Shown one piece after another: positions 24,860 to 37,401 of a stretch of DNA of 64,000 nt. The notes beneath the pieces are model-generated. The model did no database searches. It saw only the letters and a list, made by a program, of their open reading frames with translations, and was not told the origin of the DNA. Made by a program: the position numbers and the translations under genes. The stretch is from NCBI RefSeq assembly GCF_004010195.1, contig NC_057718.1:22099714-22163713 (forward strand), given 5' to 3'. The stretch comes from Chiloscyllium plagiosum (lineage: Eukaryota). The number at the start of each line of letters is the position of its first letter. Within the stretch, counting starts at the first letter, position 1.

Positions 24860-25600
24860 GCTCACAATCTTTAAAAAGAACTTGGAAGAGAACTTAAGTG
24901 TCATGACACTCAAGGCTATGGGCCAAATGCTAGACGGTGTGACTTGTGTGGATTTAGAGTAATTTTTTGTTGCTGCAGAGTCTAGGTGATGGTGAACAGT
25001 AATCGTGGAGATGCAAGTGCGTCAGAGCTGCCATAAGAACTGTGAGGATGCTGTAAACAAACAGATCAACCTGGAACTCTATTCCTCTCGCGTACTATGA
25101 CCAGGATGATGTTTCCCTGTGTTTCTTTGCTGAGTTCCTCAGGGAGCATTCCCATGAGGAACAGGAACATGCTGAGAAACAGATGGAGAAGGATGTGAAG
25201 CAATGTCTGTTGGACCTTCACAAACTCTCCTCTGGCAACACAGACCCTCATCTTTGTGACTTCCTGGAGACATTACTTGAATGAGCAAGTGAAGAGGATC
25301 AAGAAACTGGGAGATCACATCACCAACCTGATGAGATTGGGAGCCGCTGAGAGTGGCATGGAAGAGTACCTTTTTGACACACATACTCGGGGAAAATGTG
25401 ACTGAACTGACTGTTTAGTTCACATGCTTGTATTATTGAAATCTTGTCCAGTAAGGTCAGATTTAGCTTGTGACATTGGGCTATCATTAACAATAAATAA
25501 GCTGGTCAATAGATGCTGGAAAAACATTTGAAAAGTTCTTTCGGTTCAGACACATTGAGCTGAAGGGCCTCTTCTGTACTGTAACATTCTATGATTCTGT
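24860..25600 (+). mobile_element. CR1 3' end remnant split by the ferritin retrocopy
   Basis: CAAGGCTATGGGCCAAATGCT upstream; GCTGAAGGGCCTCTTCTGTACTGTAACATTCTATGATTCT downstream. Confidence 0.6.
25005..25405 (+). pseudogene. Processed ferritin (heavy/middle subunit) pseudogene
   Basis: Manual translation: (GTG)[27 protein letters not shown] / [29 protein letters not shown] / [31 protein letters not shown] / [43 protein letters not shown]; no introns, frameshifts, internal deletions, AATAAA at 25492-25497. Confidence 0.93.
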
Positions 25601-26287
25601 AAAGAACTGTATTATTCCAGAATTGATTCTATTCGAATTCCAATGAAATGTCACAAATTTACATCCATTTCTTCAGAAGGGATGGTGCTGTGTATACTAT
25701 TATATTTTAGTGACCCCTTTGAAATAAATATTTTCAATGCAAGTTTTGCAATAACATCTTTCTATTTTTACTTAATTAATTTCCTGACTTTTCTTTTACC
25801 TAGTTGAGTTAAACTGTGTTATAGTTGACTATACTGTCAATTTAGATCTCCCTAAGTTGTGATCTGGAAAGAATTCCACGAAACAAAATATATAACTCAA
25901 GCAGATATGAGTGTCTCCATTTCAGAGCTCTAGTGAAGATATAGACAGACAAATTGTGTGTAAATGGATGCCCTATGCAAAGTCTGTTCTTTCTTTCCTC
26001 GTGTTCAAATCCTGCCAGAAATCTTCCTGATTATTCTGTTTCTCTCTTGTTGCCTGAGGGTTGCTAATAATGACATAATGATGCCATTATATCACAATGG
26101 AAACTCACCTGCTTAAGGTGTTTGCACCTAAATGTTCAGCATTATCAAACACCAATGCTCTAACCTACTGAGCAAAGTGTTACAAAGCTACATGATGGCT
26201 GCAGATTTTTTGGGTGCAGACATCTCCAAAAAGACGAAATAGGAAAGATAGCTTTCATGCTAGTGTTCACAGCATGATAGTGTTCAC

Positions 26288-26521
26288 AGAAGCCTGAACT
26301 CACGCACCAGCCGGTTTCGAAACAGTTTCTACCCTACTGTTGGTAGAACACTGAATGGTCTCACAAACTCTTAAAATCCGCCTGTACCTGTGTTTTTGTT
26401 TTTGCCGCTGTTTACCTATTATTTACTTATCTATGGTACTTAAACCTGTGATCTGCCTGTATTGCTCGCAAGACAAAGCTTTTCACTGTGCCTCTGTACA
26501 CGTGACAATAAATTCAATTCA
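26288..26521 (+). mobile_element. Rex1/Babar-like LINE 3' end
   Basis: Encodes RSLNSRTSRFRNSFYPTVGRTLN (Rex1-type C-terminus); tail GTACACGTGACAATAAATTCAATTCA. Confidence 0.7.
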
Positions 26522-26859
26522 TAGTTGTGAACACTTTGTCAGCATATAGGCTTTTAGTTTTCTTAACAGGTGTGAAAATGTGGAAGTTCTTAAGGTATTT
26601 AGGGGGCATCTTGTTTAGGAAGCGTACTCTAAAGCAAAGGGAAATTATTAAATTTATTATCTAATCATAAGCTGTGCAGACTTACTGTACAGAACAGATC
26701 TCAGTAAGGTGTAAAAAACACAATTTGCTTCATATGACTGCTATCCCCAAAGTCTACGCTTTACTTTAAACTTTGATACACATTACAATCACTTTTTCAG
26801 TTCATCATTATCTAACACTTTTTGCTGTGACCTTATTGTGTAAAGTACGAACCAGGGAG

Positions 26860-27085
26860 TTATAGGTACAGAAGTAGGCTATCCAGCCCCTCAAGCCTGC
26901 TTCGCAGTTTAAGTAGTCCACAGCCAATCTGCACCTGAGCACCAGTTGTTCTTCTCTGTTCTAAGTCCCTTGATACCTTTGCTGAACAAAATTTCTCTCT
27001 CCAATTGTTCAGCATCCAGACACTTTTAGAGCAATAAAATTCGACCACGCTTTGTGTGAAAAGCCTTTCTGGATTTTTTTTTACT
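26860..27085 (-). mobile_element. CR1 3' end fragment
   Basis: AGAAGTAGGCTATCCAGCCCCTCAAGCCTGC is the antisense CR1 3' UTR (compare 56128-56165). Confidence 0.6.
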
Positions 27086-27097
27086 TCACAGCAAGGT

Positions 27098-28060
27098 TTC
27101 GTCAGGACTGTGTCTTAGGCCCAAACACCTGTACCAACTTCATCAAAGACCTTTCCTCCATCATAATGTCAGAAGTGGGAGTGCTCTTTGATGATTGTGT
27201 AATGTGCAGCACCATTTGTGACACCTCAGATACTGAAGTGGTCCATGTTCAAATGTAGCAAGACCTGGACAATATTAAGGTTTGTGCTGACAAGTTGCAA
27301 TTAACATTTACACCACACAAATGCCAGGCAATTACCGTATCCAACAAGGGAGAATTAGCCATCATCCCTTGATGTTCAATGGCACTGCTATCACTGAATG
27401 TCTCACCATCAACATCTTGGGGATTGCCATTAACCAGAAACTGCACCTGTCATATGAGTACAATGGCTACAAGAGCAGATTGGAGGCTAGGTATTCAGCA
27501 GTGGGTACTAAGTGCTCATCTGCTGTATTCCTGATGTGGGATACCATCTACAGAACACAAATCAGGAGCATGATGGAATACTCCCCACTTGCCTAGATTT
27601 AGTGAAGCTCCAACAATACTCTAGAGGCTCAGCAGCATCTAGGACAAAGATGCCCACTTGATTTGCGCTCCATACAACACTATGGAAGTTCACTCCCTTC
27701 ATTACTGCTACACAATGGCAGCAATGAGTACTATTGATAAGATGCATTTCAGGAACTCAAGCAGGCTCCTTTAGCAATTCTTTCCAAACTCATGACCTCT
27801 ACCACCTAGAAGGACAAATGCATGGGAATACAAGCTCCCCTCCATGCCAACCACAACTCTAACTTGGAACCTTATAGTCATTCCTTCACTGGCTGGGTTA
27901 AAATCCTGAGCTTCCTTCCTAACAGCTCTGTCAGTATCTTTACACCCTAAGGACTGCAGTAGTTTAAGAAGGCGGCTCACTGGCATTTTATCAATGGGAA
28001 TTAGGGTGGGGCATTAAATGCTGGCCTAACTAGCAATGCTGATGCCCCATGAATGGAAGT
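27098..28060 (+). mobile_element. CR1/L2-superfamily LINE family 2, 3' ~1 kb
   Basis: RQDCVLGPNTCTNFIKDL..LFDDCVM; RTQIRSMMEYSPLA; 3' end ATTAAATGCTGGCCTAAC..CCCCATGAATG. Confidence 0.85.
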
Positions 28061-28089
28061 TTTATTTTCCGTGGATCTAAAATAAGTGG

Positions 28090-28922
28090 GTACAAGGGGA
28101 TCTTGATCAGATTGGCCAACGGGCTGAGAAGTGGAGGATGGAGTTAAGTTAGAGAAATGTGAGGTGCTGCATTTTGGAAAGGCGAATCAGGGCAGGACTA
28201 TACACTTAATGGTAAGATCCTAGTGAGTGTTGCTGAACAAAGAGACCTTGGAGTGCAGGTTCATAGTTCCTTGAAAGTGGACTCACAGGTAGATAGGATA
28301 GTGAAGAAGGTTTTTGTTATGCTTATTAGTGCATTGAGTATAGGAGTTGGATCTGTAGAGTTCATTGGTTAGACCACTATTGGAATACTATGTTCAATTC
28401 TGGTCTCCCTATAGGAAGGATGTTGTGAAACTTGAAAGGGTTCAGAAAAGATTTACAATGATGTTGCCAAGTTTGGAAGGTTTGAGCTATAGGGAGAGGC
28501 TGAATAGACTGGGATATTTTGCCTGGAGCATTGGAGACCAAGGGATGACCTTATAGTGGTTTATAAAATCATGAGGGACATGGAGAAGATAAATAGACAA
28601 GGTCTTTTCACCAGGCTGGAGGAGTCCAAATCTAGAGGGCATAGGATTAAGGTGAGCAGGGAAAGATTTAAAAGGGACCTAAGGGGCAACTTTTTCACAG
28701 AGAGGGTGATGTGTGTATGGAATGAGCTGCCAGAGGAAGTGGTGGAGGTTGGTTTCAATTACAACATTTAAAAGGCATCTGGATGGGTACATGAAGAAGA
28801 AGTGTTTCGAGGGATATGGGCCTAATGCTGGCAAATGGGACTAGATTTATTTAGGCTGTCTGGTCAGCATGGGTGAGTTGGATCGAAGGATCTATTTACA
28901 TGCTGTATATCTCTATGACTCT
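28090..28922 (+). mobile_element. CR1 LINE 3' fragment
   Basis: VRPLLEYYVQFWSPY, RGNFFTERVMCVWNELP, tail CTCTATGACTCT. Confidence 0.92.
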
Positions 28923-29524
28923 GTGATCTTGTACTTACCCATATTAACCTCATGGCGCAATAACATTAGCCTGTTTATGACCTTTGGCAGCACCCTCCCT
29001 GATACACAAAATGTCTTGATTTAGTATTGTTTGAAAGCATTGTAATGAACAATCTGTAAAAGTTTGATAATCTGCGATAAATCTAGACAGTGTTCTATTT
29101 AGAAATTGTCAGTTACTTTCACTCATGTGCGGGGCTATTCAACATTTACATAATACATAGGAAGTAAAACCGATAGCGTCCGTACAAATCTGACATAAGA
29201 ATCAATGTGCTGTTCCTGGTTATTCATTACCTTCACGAGTATACCATGTATTGATTGTTTCTTTTAATAAAGAAAGCACTAAAATTGTTTTGTCATGGTT
29301 CAGTGGCAACTAATTGAAAAATGGAAAATTAGGTAACATATGAAGTTTTATTTTTCAGTGTATGAGTGTTGTGAGATCTTGTTATGGATTTATTGGACAT
29401 AAGTATACCTCTCTTCAAAATATACCACTCTTTGGTTCAATGGCCTCTTTAGCCGATGTAGTAAGAGAATTGCAATGTTATTACAGAAAGAGAACAAAGC
29501 CAGACATTTATAAATGAACACAAA

Positions 29525-29840
29525 TTAACAGTTACAGTGTGGGAGTAGGCCATTCATCCCATCAAGTCCTCTGAAGAGCATCTAACCTAGACCCACCCCT
29601 GCTACCCTATCCCTGTAGCCCTGCATTTACTATGGCCAATCCACCTAGCCTGCACATCCCTGGGCACTATGGGCAATTTAGCATGACCAATCTACCTGCC
29701 CTGCACATCTTTGGACTGTCAGTGGAAACCCCCACAGACACAGGAAGAATGTGCAAACTTCATAAAGACTGTCGTCCACAGTGGAATTAAACTCGGGTCC
29801 CTGCCGCTGTGAGACAGCAGTGCTAACCACTGAGCCACCA
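29525..29840 (-). mobile_element. HE1-type SINE, older copy
   Basis: Minus strand GGTGGCTCAGTGGTTAGCACTGCTGTCTCACAG; GCTAAATTGCCCATAGTG. Confidence 0.85.
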
Positions 29841-31723
29841 AATAAATTATGTGATAGAAGCCAGGAAGACTAGTTGACCAGTGAGTCAATTTGCCTAAGC
29901 TAGGAAAATAGTAGAGCTGCAATGCTTTGAAAGATGAAAAGAAAAATGGAAGAAGTGAATGACATTCTTGCTGGCAACCAGGTGGAAAGAGTTGACAGGG
30001 GGAATGCCTGAATGAGGTGATGAAATCTGAGAGGAGTAGATATGGGGCTAGATTGGTGATAATCGTGGGGCCATGTTATGAACCAGATGCAGCAGAAAGG
30101 AACAATACTCCATTAAAAAAGGCACACAAGAAATTCAGAAAAATCTAAAAAGCGATGTTTAAATTTTATAGGCCTGCTGCCTCAGTAACATCAAGGTTCA
30201 GAGTGTTGTTGGGTAGTCTAAGAGATGTGAGTCAAGGATGTAGTGTTGGAAAAGATATGTGAACAACAGCAGCATCCAGACTATAGATCAAGTATAGCTG
30301 AGAAAAGTTAAGTCATAGATGCACATTATTGGACCAGAAAAGTGTGAGGGAATAGTGTGACAGGAAGTGTTACACATAGAAATATTGCATGCCAGTCTTA
30401 CGATTGTAATTATCTTACTAATGAATCTCACATTGTGTTACTAATAGCACATCAGAGGATATAGGGGATGATGTTAATTTATGCTGGAGTGTGAAACTCG
30501 TCATATTGTATCGGCAGACAACTTTTCACTATGCCAGTTTTTATTCATTGACTTAGAAAATATTGCCAAGTTTTTATTGAATTTCAAGCCAAGGAAAAAC
30601 AAAAGTGAGACTTGCATAGAAGCCTCCAGAAAGAGTTTAAGCCATAAGTCTGTGAACTTTAGTGGGAAGAAAATCAGAGATGATGGAAAATTGACTGCTC
30701 AGCCTGCTTTGAACTACTTGCATTGACCACTTCCATTCTCTCTACCCCCCCACTCCAGCCCAACACACATGCACACATGCCCATAGTGTTTCTAAATGGG
30801 AATGATAAATGTTGAGAATCATAAGTTAGAAGGTATATTGTCCATGAGGGATATTAGAAGTATGATAAGTTGTGAAGTGGAAAAGTTCAGATGACTGAAA
30901 GCATAATACAGTATATTGTGGGACAGTGAACAGTTTTGGGAGATTAGAGAAAATTGGCAGAAAAAAATTAAGCTTTGATACTAGTATGATGTAGGTGAAT
31001 AATGGGTGGGATTTTATCATTCCCCACCCCCCAGTGAGAAGGATCCCAGGTTAGTGAAATGAAACAAGAAAGAGGCCAAATATCAGACTCCCTCTGTCGA
31101 GAAAAACTGTAGTGATTAAGTTTTACCCATTCAAGTTGTGGGTTGTGTATGTTACCAACAGATGGCGAGAGGCTTAACTGCATGTATTTGCATCTCATTA
31201 ATACCACAACTCACTGGAATTATCTTTACCGTTTTAATTAACTTCTTCCCCAAACATTTGTGTGGGAATTGAATGTCCAATTGCTAGAATTTTAAATTAA
31301 TGTTAATAGTGTTATTTTTGTTTTTCTCATTTTTAATATTAATAAGGATTTTTTAAAAGTTGGGACGGCAGTTGGAAACCACTTTACTGCATCATTCTTG
31401 CACTCTCGAGGTGACTGCTTACCACTGTGAAAATACTCCAAACCGGATTGAAGTGCACTTTTCACTTGCAAAGTATTTAATTGGGCAAGGGAGAATTACA
31501 ATGCTATTACGCAGGAACTGTGGAGCATAAATTGGGAGCAGATATTCTCAGGGAAATGCATGATAGCAATGTGGAGGTTGTTTAGGAAGCACTTGCTGCA
31601 AGCGCTGGATAGGTTTGACCCACTGAGGCAAGGAAGGGATGGGAGGGCGAAGGAACCTTGGATGTCAAAAGATGTGAAATGTCTAGTCAAGAGGAAGATG
31701 GAAGCTTACTTAAGATTGAGGAA

Positions 31724-31890
31724 AAAGTGAGGTCTGCAGATGCTGGAGATCAGAACTGAAATGTGTTGCTGGAAAAGCGCAGCAGGTCAGGCAGCATCCA
31801 GGGAACAGGAGAATCGACGTTTCGGGCATAAACCCTTCTTCAGGAATTAGGAGAATCGACGTTTCGGGCATAAGCCCTTCTTCAGGAAGC
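31724..31890 (-). mobile_element. Family A PLE terminal-repeat insertion carrying tandem hammerheads
   Basis: TSD AAGATTGAGGAA (31712-31723, 31891-31902); body matches the PLE tails at 43839-43948 and 59566-59672. Confidence 0.88.
31807..31888 (-). ncRNA. Tandem dimer of minimal type-I hammerhead ribozyme motifs
   Basis: Minus strand TTC-CTGAAGA-A-GGGCTTATGCCC-GAAACGTC-GATTCTCCTAATTC-CTGAAGA-A-GGGTTTATGCCC-GAAACGTC; both catalytic cores intact, 42-nt period. Confidence 0.75.
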
Positions 31891-33733
31891 AAGATTGAGG
31901 AAGCAAGGATCAAGGATCAGACAGGGCTCTAGAAGGTTACAAGATAGTCAGGAAGGAACTGAAGAATGGACTTAGGAGAGCTAGAAGGGGGCATGAAACA
32001 GCCTTGGTGGGAAGGATTAGGGAAACTTCAAGACATTCTACACTTATGTGAGGAACAAGAGGATGGCAGCACGAGAGTAGAGTCGATCTGGGGTAGTGGA
32101 GGGAACTTGTGCCTGGAGTTACAGGAGGTGGAGGAGGTCCTTAATGAATACTTTGCTTCAGTATTCACTTCCAAGAGGGACCTTGTCATTTGTGAGAATA
32201 GCGTGAAACAGACTGATATGCTCGAACAGGTTCATGTTAAGAAGGAGGATGTGCTGAAAATTCTGAAAAACACCCTAATGGATAAGTCCCCTTGGCCAGA
32301 CAGGATATACCCAAGGTTACTACAGGAAGCGAGGCAAGAGATTGCTGCGCCTTTGGCGATGATCTTTGCATCCTCACTGTCTACTGGAGTACTGCCAGAT
32401 AATTGGAGGGTGGCAAATATTATTCCCTTGTTCAAGAAAGGGAATAGAGATAACCCTGGGAATTATAGACCAATCAGTCTTACATTGCTGGTGGGCAATT
32501 TATTGGAGAGGATTCTGAGAGACAGGATTTATGATAATTTGGAAAAGCATAGCTTGATTAGAGATAGTCAGCATGGCTTTATGAGGGGCAGGTCATACCT
32601 CAAAAGCATTATTGAATTCTTTGAGGATGTGACAAAACACATTGATGAAGGTAGAGCAGTGAATGTGGTATATTTGGATTTTAGGAAGGCGTTTGACAAG
32701 GTTCCCCATGGTAGGCTCTTTCAAAAAGCAAGGACGCATGGCATACAGGGACATTTGGCTGTCTGGATACAGAATGGGCTGGCCCAGAGAAGACAGAGAG
32801 TGGTAGTAGATGGAAAGTATTCAGCCTGAAGCTTGGTGACCAGCAGTGTTACATAGGAATCTTTTCTGGGATCTCTGCTTTTTGTGATTTTTATAAATGA
32901 CTTGGATGAGGAAGTGGATGGGTGGGTTAGTAAGTTTACAGATGACATGAAGGTTGGTGGAGTTGTGGTTAGTGTGGAGGGCTATTGTTAGTTGCAATGA
33001 GACATTGACAGGATGCAGAGTTGGGCTTTAAGTGCCAGATGGAGTTCAACCTGGAAAAGTGTGAAGTCACTCATTTTGGAAGGTCAAATTTGAATGCAGA
33101 TTACAGGGTTAAAGGCAGGATTCTTGGCAGTGTGGATGAATAGGGATCTTGGGGTCCATGTCCATAGATCCCTCAAAGTTGCCAACCAAGTTAATAGGGT
33201 TGTTAAGAAGGCATATGCTGTGTTGGCTTTCATTACCAGAGGGATTGAGTTTAAAAGCTGTGAGGTTATGCTGCAGCTCTATGAAGCTCTGGTTAGACCA
33301 CACTTTGAATATTGTGTTTAGTTTTGGTTGCTTCATTATAGGAAAGATATGGAAGCTTCAGAGAGGGCACAGAGGAGATTTACCAGGATGCTGCCTGGAC
33401 CGAGGGCATGTCTTATGAAGAAAGGTTGAGGGAGCTAGGGCTTTTATCATTGGAGCAAAGAAGGATGAGCAGTGACGTGATAGAGGTGTACAAGATGATG
33501 GGAGGCATAGATAGAGTGGATAGCCAGAGACATTTTCTCAGGGTAGAAATGGCTATCATGAGGGGGCATAATTTTAGGTGATTGGGGGAAGGTTTAGGAG
33601 AGATGTCAGAGATAGGTTCTTTACACAGAGAGTGGTGGGTGCATGGAATGCACTGCCAGTGGTGGCAGTAGAGTCAGATACAGTAGGGACGTTTAAGCGA
33701 CTCTTGAAGAGGCGCATGGATGATAGTGAAATA

Positions 33734-34611
33734 CAGAGCAACCTTAATTACCTGAAAATCAATTATCCGATGTCCAGATTATCTGAAGAAGATCTCAAAG
33801 GCCTGATAAAAACATTATATCAAAGTGGTGCTATCAACACAGATCGCGTCTGTGAATTTGGCTTACTAAAATGCTACGAGAACAGTCCTGGACATCAATG
33901 GGAGCCCAGGCCCACCCTCTCTGTCTCTCTCTCTCTCTCTACACCCCCCCCCCCCGCCAACACTTCCCCTGGAGTTCTACACAGGGATGTACCCTAAACC
34001 CCTCTTCCCTTCCCTAGATAATCTCTCCAATGTTGTCCTGAACAGGGCAGATTGGGAACTTGTCAAAAAGTTGTGTGTGTGTGTGCTAATTTGAGACTCA
34101 CCTCCCAAAGGCAGCAGTAGTCTTACTTTTGGTGTCCAGTCTGGCTTCTGTGTCCATTCTGTGACTTCATTTTGTTCTGGAGTCCCTTTGGGGAGAAGAG
34201 ATAAGAGACATCTGGCCACTTCACTCCATCCGCTGGCTGGGAACGTGGAGAGTTGAAAGCACACAGCAGGTTAGGGATGGTGGGAATGGTGTGGGTATGC
34301 AATGTGGTGCTGCCTTGTCTCCCGAACGGGGAGCGGACATAGCAAGTGCTCACTTTATCAATCCCATTGAAGTGAAGCAGCGGTGGGGAGAGGCTTCAGC
34401 AATGCTGCATGCCCCTTACACATAAGTGTGCGTCTGCTCAGAAACAAACCCTGAGACAGAGAGAGGGAGCAAGGCAGGCAGAGCGAGGGAAAAGGATACT
34501 TCAGAAAACTCCAAGTCCCATAGGAGAGGCATTGAATCAGATATCCGAATAGTCAATTATCCAAATGAAATATTGCCTGCCTATCTTGTTCGGAGATTTG
34601 AGGTTCCTCTG
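33734..34611. mobile_element. Non-autonomous Tc1/mariner (Tigger/pogo-like) DNA transposon inserted in the CR1 3' UTR
   Basis: TIRs CAGAGCAACCTTAATTACCTGAA / TTCGGAGATTTGAGGTTCCTCTG; TA at left; CR1 sequence is continuous across the insert. Confidence 0.7.
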
Positions 34612-34984
34612 TGTAGGGTATGTAGGTTAGTTTGATCTTAGAGTAGGCCAAAGGGCCTGTACTGTGCTGTACAGTTCTATTTTCAATGTAAATTAGCTTG
34701 GTCTGTGGTAAATATTTGTGTCTGAGGCTTGTTATAAATTCAGCCTTTAGTTTGAAGGATCTGTTTATTTAGTCTATTGTGAGTGGTTGTCAGTTCTTCA
34801 AGTTCATTTGGAAATTAAAATCTAATCTTCGGAAAATTTCTGCAAAGCACCCAAGATAAAAATCTTAGGGGCATTGAACAAGTGTTACTTTTAACTTTTC
34901 TTTTCATCCTTTCCTTTTGTTTATTAGCTATCAAAATATTTGACATGAGGAAGAAGGTTGAACTGACGATTAAAGAATTGTGCA

Positions 34985-35255
34985 ATAGACCTTTCAAACC
35001 CACAATCACTTCTACCTAGAAGGACAAAGGCAGCTAATACACCATCTGCAAGTTCCCCTCCAAGCCACTCGCCATCCTGACTTGGAAATATATCACTGAT
35101 CCTTCAAAATCGTAGAATTCCCTTCTTAATTGCATTGTGGGTCAAGACTGCAGTGGTCCAAGAAGGCAACTCACCACAACCTTCTCAATGATAAGTAGGG
35201 ACGGGCAATAAATGCTGGCCAGTCAGCAATGCCCACATCCCACAAGTGAATGAAG
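34985..35255 (+). mobile_element. LINE family 2 3' end
   Basis: CTACCTAGAAGGACAAAGGCAG...GGGCAATAAATGCTGGCC matches 27800-28050. Confidence 0.75.
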
Positions 35256-35862
35256 CCTCTAATCACTTTCTAACTCGGTGTTTCCCGGGAGGATAGGTAC
35301 ATTGGACAACAAATGCGAGAATGTTGGGGAGAGGCATTTGAAGGTTATTGATGAAACTTTAACAAATATGTTCAAAGTGTGAAGTATCAGTTTATATGAG
35401 TCGTTGGAGAATAGCATTGCACCACACTGCTGAAGAGCAGGAGTGTTCTGCTATCAGTGTATTTTGAGGCATAGTGATTTGGACTGCTGTGAAACCAGGT
35501 TTGTAATGGTGATTGTTAAACCATATTGGCGCAGACAACTGTTAAGTCAGGTGGATTGTGACATGTTACTACACATACATTATCACACCTGTCTTTTCTG
35601 GTTTTGTTGTGACAGCTGTGAAACAAGGTTAAAATTAGGTGATCTTTTCTTGACACACTCCAAGCACTTTCAAGAATGTGTTGTGACAAACATAAAAATT
35701 GGAATTCCTTCCTGCTGGTGCAGTTTGCCAAATAAGGAGAGAGAAGCACACTCTTCTTTATCTGAGAGTGCATTAATCTAATACAATCCATATTTGTACA
35801 TAACAACAACATTGATTGTACTTCACATGATATGTAGAAAGTGAGAACAATAATAGAAATAT

Positions 35863-36415
35863 TAGAGTCATAGAATCATAAAGATGTACAGCATGGAAAC
35901 AGACCCTTTGGTCCAACTTGCCTATGCTGACCAGATATCCGAAATTAATCTAGACCCATTTGCTAGCACTTGGCCCATATCCCTCGAAACCCTTCCAGTT
36001 CATATACCCATCCAGATGCCTTTTAAATGTTGCAATTGTACCAGCCTCCACCACTCCCTCTGGCAGCTCATTCCATACACACACCACTCTCTGCATGAAA
36101 AAGTTGCTGCGTAGATCCCTTTTAAATCTTTCCCCTCTCACCTTAATCTTATGTCCTCTAGTTCTGGACTCCCCCAACCCATGGAAAAGACCTTGTCTAT
36201 TTACCCTATCCATGTCCCTCTTATTTTATAAACCATTGTAAGGTCACCTCTCAGCCTCCAAAGCTCCAGGTAAAGCAGCCCAGTCTATTCAGCCTCTCCC
36301 TGTAGTTCAAACAGTCCAATCCTGGCATCATCCTTGTAAATCTTTTCTGAACCCGTTAACGTTTCACAACATCCTTCCTATAGGAGGGAGATCAGAATTG
36401 CACACAAAATTCCAA
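35863..36415 (-). mobile_element. CR1 LINE 3' fragment
   Basis: RSNFFMQRVVCVWNELP; tail AGAGTCATAGAATCATA. Confidence 0.9.
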
Positions 36416-36715
36416 TATTAATTGAATTTTTTCCCTTTATTGACATTTTAAAAATTATTTCTTTCCATTATGGAATGTCACAAAGCTGGTCCATTTTTTT
36501 CTAAAAGCCATTCCTTTCTTAAGAATACTTTGTCCTTGATTTTTTTCAGAGCGTTCATAAACCAGGCCGGGCTTTGATCAGATTGGTTTGGTTAAGAAAT
36601 GAAAAGGATTTTGAAAGGGCTTTTGTTTATATGTAAACAGATGAGACTTCAGGCCAAAGTGGTCATGTTTTAGAAATGACCTGTGTAATGAAAGGGGAGT
36701 GGTCAGCTGTCTTGC

Positions 36716-36953
36716 TGACCTTACTGCGAGTCCTCTTGCGAGGATGCCTACCTTGAAGAAGCTCTCCTCCTCTCTCCACAAGAATCTCAGTGAGTCTCTC
36801 TCCCCAGCCCTACCACACCTCCCATTTATCTCTCCACCCTGGAGGCTCCCTGCCTCCATTCCTGATTAAGGGCTTTTGCCCAAAACAGTCGATTTTCCTG
36901 CTCTTCAGATGCTGCCTGACCTGCTGTGCTTTTCCAGCACCACTCTAATCTAG
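36716..36953 (+). mobile_element. Family A PLE terminal-repeat fragment with degenerate hammerhead
   Basis: CCTGATTAAGGGCTTTTGCCCAAAACAGTCG..GATGCTGCCTGACCTGCTG; absent from the sister LTR. Confidence 0.75.
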
Positions 36954-37250
36954 ACCCTTTTTTTCTCGAGCTGAGCAGTTTAGTTCAGTCCAGACCTAGT
37001 TGTGAGTTCAATAGTGAGCTGTGTGGAAACAAACTCTCTCTCTTTCTGCTCTTCTAACATCAACCTGTAAGCATCCGTTCCAGTTATACTGGGTTTGCTT
37101 ATTGGGACTGTTGTGTATATTCGGAACAGCATAATTAAGTCTACTTTGGATAGACTGAGTTCTGTAGGGGTTCTTTATTTTGTTCTTTGTTTCATTGTGT
37201 AATTTTGTAAATAAAGTTTTGTCTGTTTTAAAATCAAGTAGTCAACCTAG

Positions 37251-37401
37251 CTAAGCAGAAATGGGTACTGCAGATGCTGGAGATTTGAGTCAACGTTAGA
37301 ATGGCTTTTCCTGATGAAGGGCTTTTGTCCAAAACGTCAATTTTCCTGCTCCTTGGATAATGCCTGACCTGCTGTGCTTTTCCAGCACCATTCTAATCTT
37401 G
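37251..37401. mobile_element. Family A PLE insertion (inverted tail + hammerhead with G12 mutated)
   Basis: TSD AGTCAACCTAG (37240-37250, 37402-37412); CTGATGAAGGGCTTTTGTCCAAAACGTC. Confidence 0.8.

Larger units (their letters stand above)
31480..34690 (+). mobile_element. CR1 LINE ORF2 (~2.2 kb) with nested PLE repeat and DNA transposon
   Basis: ORF 31966-32829 DKSPWPDRIYPRLL, NYRPISLT, YLDFRKAFDKVPH; 3' UTR resumes at 34612 (GGCCAAAGGGCCTGTACTGTGCTG). Confidence 0.92.

Noticed and set aside
24985..25004. Iron-responsive element upstream of ferritin
   Set aside because: AACAGTAATC lacks the CAGUGN loop and flanking stem
29960..30340. Possible very old L2 remnant on the minus strand
   Set aside because: Too degraded to support with diagnostic motifs
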